From: Bacillota bacterium
GTDB taxonomy: Bacteria; Bacillota_I; Bacilli_A; Acholeplasmatales; Acholeplasmataceae
Reading direction: 5' to 3'
DNA: 64,000 nucleotides
NCBI GenBank assembly: GCA_018818645.1
Contig: JAHIRQ010000171.1
Span: 4,778 to 68,777 of the forward strand
Position 1 is the first letter of the stretch, and the number at the start of each line of letters is the position of its first letter. A model generated the notes under the pieces. It was not told the DNA's origin and made no database searches. It was given only the letters and a program-made list of their open reading frames with translations. Positions 60,675-64,000 of this stretch are shown here, piece by piece. A program made the translations under genes and the position numbers.

Positions 60675-61954
60675 AATGTTTTATACGACTCCTCACCAAC
60701 ACAAAGAATTTTCGCAATAGTATTTTCGTTTAGATTTGCACATAACGCTAAAGATAATTCTGTCATTTTTTGTGAGTACATGCACCAATACTGGTTTTTT
60801 TCAACTGTATTTTCACTTAACATTATATCATTATATTTACATCCATGTGAGCAAGTATATCTATTCCAGCAAGATTTGCATTTGTTGGAGTATTCAGACT
60901 CTTTTACGACACGCACTGTGTGAAAAACATTACCGATTTTTGATTCTTCGATTGAAGAAAATCTATGACATGGGTACACATCTCCATGTATATCAACAGA
61001 AAATGTTGATTCACCAATTCCGCAACCAAAAGAACTGTTAATCTTTGGAATGAACAAACGACGAATATGTTCAATAAAAAGTCCAAAGGGAAAATCCTCA
61101 TGATCAATAGAATACTCTAAAACAAACAAGTATAAGTAATCTAACTGTTTTAATACTTTGTCAAAATTAACATTACTAATAGGATTAAGTATATCAGGTG
61201 GAATATTAACTTCTTTAAACCCTAAATTTAACAAGTCTTTATATAAAGTTACTAGTGAGTAGTTAAAATCGGTATAAGTTCCTCTTGCATGGACATTAGG
61301 TATATTCTCTAACAAATATGATAAATTAGATTTTATAGCATCATAAGAACTTTTTCCAGACGCCATTGGTCTTTGAGTATCTTGAATGGATTTTCCTCCA
61401 TCGATACTTACAGCCACACCAAAATCGTTTTCTTTAAAAAAATCTATAACATTTTTTTTAAAGAGGGTACCATTAGTAACAATGTGAAATTTGAACTTTT
61501 TTCTTGAATATGTTGCCTTCACATATGAACAAACTTTTTCTATTATATCGTATGACAGCATAGGTTCTCCACCGAAGAAAATAATATATGCATCACAATT
61601 TTCAGGAACCTGTTCCATATAAAAATCAATTGATTTCTTAGCAGTATCGATATCCATTAAACCTTTGCTTTTTCCATAATCTCCTTGATGAGCAAAACAA
61701 TAAGAACATCTAAGGTTACATGTATTAGCGACACATAAAAATAAACCATATCTATAGTTTTTTGGATTTGTTAGTTCATAGAAATCTTCTTCATTTGAAA
61801 CTTGTTTATACTTCACTAAGAGAGATTCCATTGCTTTGGAGTCAATATTAGTTTTGAATATATTGTATTCGTCTGCGGGAATCAAAAACAACTGTTTAAT
61901 GTCAGTAATGTATAAGTAGTAATCTTTTGAATTTTGAAAAACGTGGTATTCCAT
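60671..61954 (-). CDS. Radical SAM / SPASM-domain peptide-modifying enzyme with an N-terminal RRE-like pre-domain
   Basis: CNLRCSYC (CX3CX2C), GGEPML, and a C-terminal Cys-rich region (FGCGIG, VYPCH, CKSCWNRYTCSHGC, YWC). AAGGAGGA RBS. Confidence 0.85.
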   Translation of the reverse strand: MEYHVFQNSKDYYLYITDIKQLFLIPADEYNIFKTNIDSKAMESLLVKYKQVSNEEDFYELTNPKNYRYGLFLCVANTCNLRCSYCFAHQGDYGKSKGLMDIDTAKKSIDFYMEQVPENCDAYIIFFGGEPMLSYDIIEKVCSYVKATYSRKKFKFHIVTNGTLFKKNVIDFFKENDFGVAVSIDGGKSIQDTQRPMASGKSSYDAIKSNLSYLLENIPNVHARGTYTDFNYSLVTLYKDLLNLGFKEVNIPPDILNPISNVNFDKVLKQLDYLYLFVLEYSIDHEDFPFGLFIEHIRRLFIPKINSSFGCGIGESTFSVDIHGDVYPCHRFSSIEESKIGNVFHTVRVVKESEYSNKCKSCWNRYTCSHGCKYNDIMLSENTVEKNQYWCMYSQKMTELSLALCANLNENTIAKILCVGEESYKTL

Positions 61955-61980
61955 TAACGTAAATCCTCCTTAAGAGTATT

Positions 61981-62009
61981 GGAAGAAAGAAACACAGTTT
62001 CTTTCTTCC
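61981..62009 (-). other. Perfect 13-bp stem / 3-nt loop hairpin between the precursor ORF and the maturase gene
   Basis: GGAAGAAAGAAAC aca GTTTCTTTCTTCC. No U-tract follows it on the coding (minus) strand. Confidence 0.7.
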
Positions 62010-62015
62010 GTATTT

Positions 62016-62138
62016 TTATGCTATTACCTTTGGCCAACTATCAGCAGATCCACAACCAGCATAATTACATGCCAAAACTAGCTGATTATCTCTCACAGCT
62101 GACTTAAACTTTTGCAACAATAAAGGTATTCCCTTCAT
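62016..62138 (-). CDS. 40-aa candidate RiPP precursor peptide (MKGIPLLLQKFKSAVRDNQLVLACNYAGCGSADSWPKVIA)
   Basis: Translated by hand from the minus strand. Strong SD (GGAAGGAGGGGAGAG, 62141-62155). Lies 61 nt upstream of the radical SAM gene. Absent from the ORF track, which lists nothing shorter than 60 aa. Confidence 0.6.
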   Translation of the reverse strand: MKGIPLLLQKFKSAVRDNQLVLACNYAGCGSADSWPKVIA

Positions 62139-62366
62139 GTCTCTCCCCTCCTTCCACTTGAATTATATGAAATAATAACAACACTACAGTTATCATTACC
62201 ATATTAATCTGTGTGAAACCCCCAAAACGTTATTTATATGATTTATTTTTATCACAAGAGTACAAGATTGTCAATAAAAAACTTAAAATATATCTATTTA
62301 TTAATAAAAAAATATATCTGTTTGATTTGAATTTTATCCATTAATTTAATCAAATCTTAATCTATA

Positions 62367-62389
62367 AAGACCTCAACAGGTCTTTTTTT
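62367..62389 (+). terminator. Orphan plus-strand intrinsic terminator in a divergent intergenic region
   Basis: AAGACCT caac AGGTCTT stem plus T7. No plus-strand gene ends here. Confidence 0.4.
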
Positions 62390-62510
62390 AATATATCTAT
62401 CTGTATATTGTGTTGAGTGATATAATTAGTGTACATGGCGACGTAGAAGTTATTATTTTTTTGAATGAAAAAATGGTTTTTACTATTTTAATAAAAGGAG
62501 GGATAATTTT

Positions 62511-64000
62511 TTGAACAGTGACAACTCTGCAAAAGATGAACTATGTGAATTATCAAAAAGAGTAAAAGATAGGCTAGAAAAAAATAGATTCCCCTTTTTG
62601 CATATATTAGTACAAAATATAATGGACTTCCATTTTGTTAAAGTTTTCGCTGAAAAGGATAAGACAAGCTATCAAATACTTGAGAATGATATAACTTCTT
62701 ATCCTGCTATATTGTATTCAATGAAGGGATTAATAACTTATGGTCACGGATTACCTTTAGTTCACAGAGACAAACATTACCCAAAGACAGTTTTCGATTA
62801 TATATTTGAGTTTAACACTTCCAAAATGATAGATAGAATAATAGACATTTATAATGACGGTCAAATTGATATATTAAAAACAGATATTAACACATTTTTT
62901 TGCAAAAGAAAATATGATATTTTTTATGAAATATTTGATGTTTGGGATGCCTTAGAATATATAAAACCTGCTTTTGAAATACTAACACAAAGTCAATTAT
63001 TACTAGAACAAATGAGTATCGTTGTACATAAGTTTGATCAGCACTGGATCCAGTATTCACCAAATGATGATATAGATGAGTATTTCTTAGAACGAGCAAA
63101 CCAATATGTTGATTCATTTGATGAAACATCGTTTTTTAGTGATGATACCATTTTTGATGGAATTACATTTAAAGAAATAAAGGAAGTTCTAACAGTTATT
63201 GTTATGATGTGCTTTCGAAACATAAATTATGCCTATGTTTCTAAGCGAAAGTACCCTAATTTACATTTAGTTGATTTGCTACCACTTAGTGTACAAATAA
63301 TTACTTTGATTAAAAACATAAATTTAGCATTTGATATAGATGCTAATAAAGTGGATCAATTCATGCGAATATTATTAGTAGATTTGGCAGAGGATAATAA
63401 TTTTACTGAACCTTTGAAGTATCCAATTCTTCTTAAAGTCTCCGATGATTTTGTTTTGGTGACTGCTTCATCAATACTTACAAACCCTTTTCCCTCACTC
63501 TTTCAAATGCTTCAATCAAGATGCACTAAAGATTGGAGTAAAGCAATATTAATGCGTGAGAAAATATTTAGAGATAAACTATATGATATTTTTAACGATA
63601 CCCAATTTATGAAGATAAACCAACCAATAAAAATAAGTAAGAACACCATGATAATTACCGATATTGATGCATTAATTTTTGACAAAAAACATAAAGTGTT
63701 AGCACTGTTTCAATTGAAATGGAATGAAGAATTTAGCAACTCCATGAGAGCAAGAAAGAGCAAAATGAAGAACTATATAAACGAAGGAAATACATGGGTT
63801 GAGCGAGTAAGCGGTATAATAGACAATTCAAATGTAGAGTATTTGTCTAAAACATTTGGAATAAAAAAATCCGATTTACAACATTGCAGTAAGTATTTAT
63901 TTGTAATAGGAATGTATGCAAATGAATTTACAACTGATATTGAATATGATTCGAGAGCTTGTTGGCTAAGTTTTTCTAGAATTAAACTAATTAAGAAATT
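62511..64000 (+). CDS. Large orphan protein (over 496 aa, 3' end outside the window) with a C-terminal PD-(D/E)xK / NERD-like nuclease motif
   Basis: No stop codon was found by hand translation across 1490 nt, in AT-rich DNA. The TTG start lies 9 nt after GGAGG (62497-62501). An extended -10 (TGaTATAAT) is at 62418-62426. The motif is REKIFRDKL...ITDIDALIFDKKHKVLALFQLKW. The ORF is missing from the track because it has no in-window stop. Confidence 0.55.
   Translation, partial: MNSDNSAKDELCELSKRVKDRLEKNRFPFLHILVQNIMDFHFVKVFAEKDKTSYQILENDITSYPAILYSMKGLITYGHGLPLVHRDKHYPKTVFDYIFEFNTSKMIDRIIDIYNDGQIDILKTDINTFFCKRKYDIFYEIFDVWDALEYIKPAFEILTQSQLLLEQMSIVVHKFDQHWIQYSPNDDIDEYFLERANQYVDSFDETSFFSDDTIFDGITFKEIKEVLTVIVMMCFRNINYAYVSKRKYPNLHLVDLLPLSVQIITLIKNINLAFDIDANKVDQFMRILLVDLAEDNNFTEPLKYPILLKVSDDFVLVTASSILTNPFPSLFQMLQSRCTKDWSKAILMREKIFRDKLYDIFNDTQFMKINQPIKISKNTMIITDIDALIFDKKHKVLALFQLKWNEEFSNSMRARKSKMKNYINEGNTWVERVSGIIDNSNVEYLSKTFGIKKSDLQHCSKYLFVIGMYANEFTTDIEYDSRACWLSFSRIKLIKK

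Noticed and set aside
60736-61107. ORFs 60736-61041 (+) and 60904-61107 (-) inside the radical SAM gene
   Set aside because: These are shadow ORFs. The 60671-61954 minus frame carries all the radical SAM/SPASM motifs.
62258-62344. 28-codon plus-strand ORF (MIYFYHKSTRLSIKNLKYIYLLIKKYICLI) and a 29-codon minus ORF starting at 62196
   Set aside because: No ribosome-binding sites. The composition is that of AT-rich intergenic DNA. Neither was considered a second precursor.
62887-63223. Minus-strand ORFs 62887-63129 and 63038-63223
   Set aside because: They are antisense to a much longer uninterrupted plus-strand frame (62511 to the window end) that has a proper RBS and promoter.
63621-63636. 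Third partial match (AACCAATAAAAATAAG) to the ECF promoter -35-like block
   Set aside because: It lies inside a coding region and lacks the downstream TTGTAyATTAAGTGTA block.
1-64000. Searched by eye for CRISPR arrays, rRNA genes, transposases/IS elements, integrases and long tandem repeats
   Set aside because: None was seen. The only repeats are short motif duplications and the intragenic domain repeats reported above. A computational repeat scan would still be needed to exclude short dispersed repeats.

Overview
This is an AT-rich chromosomal segment that uses the standard genetic code (TGA serves as a stop). It carries a Gram-positive-type PolC and many lipobox lipoproteins. Taxonomy is a guess from gene content only: a low-GC Firmicutes or wall-less relative such as Acholeplasma or Erysipelotrichia.

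The window has three parts.

(1) Bases 1-35 kb hold surface and transport genes and a very large alpha-glucan/maltodextrin utilisation locus. It contains seven GH13 enzymes (including extracellular and cytoplasmic pullulanases, a neopullulanase, an oligo-1,6-glucosidase and GlgB), GH77 MalQ and GT35 phosphorylase. It also has a MalEFG-type ABC importer with unusually extended permeases, a non-catalytic starch-binding surface protein and a LacI/MalR regulator. A recurring TGnAAnCGnTnnCA operator-like motif sits in its intergenic regions.

(2) Bases 35-57.6 kb are housekeeping: acpP, leuS, an ECF sigma/anti-sigma/lipoprotein module with a duplicated promoter motif, ytqA/ytqB-like genes, polC, T-box-pheST, rlmN, rsgA, rpe, thiamine pyrophosphokinase, rpmB and yloV.

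(3) tRNA-Leu(GAG) at 57606-57693 marks a switch to a visibly more AT-rich accessory region. It contains tRNA-like debris and a decayed phage lysis cassette (a small coiled-coil ORF plus a frameshifted LL-H-type holin).

The most interesting element is in this accessory region: a compact minus-strand cassette of a 40-aa precursor-like ORF that is absent from the ORF track, a radical-SAM/SPASM maturase and an ABC exporter. This is a candidate uncharacterised RiPP system.

Divergent from the cassette is a long orphan ORF (62511 to the window end) that is also absent from the track. It has a C-terminal PD-(D/E)xK/NERD-like motif.

I saw no rRNA, CRISPR array, transposase or integrase in the window.
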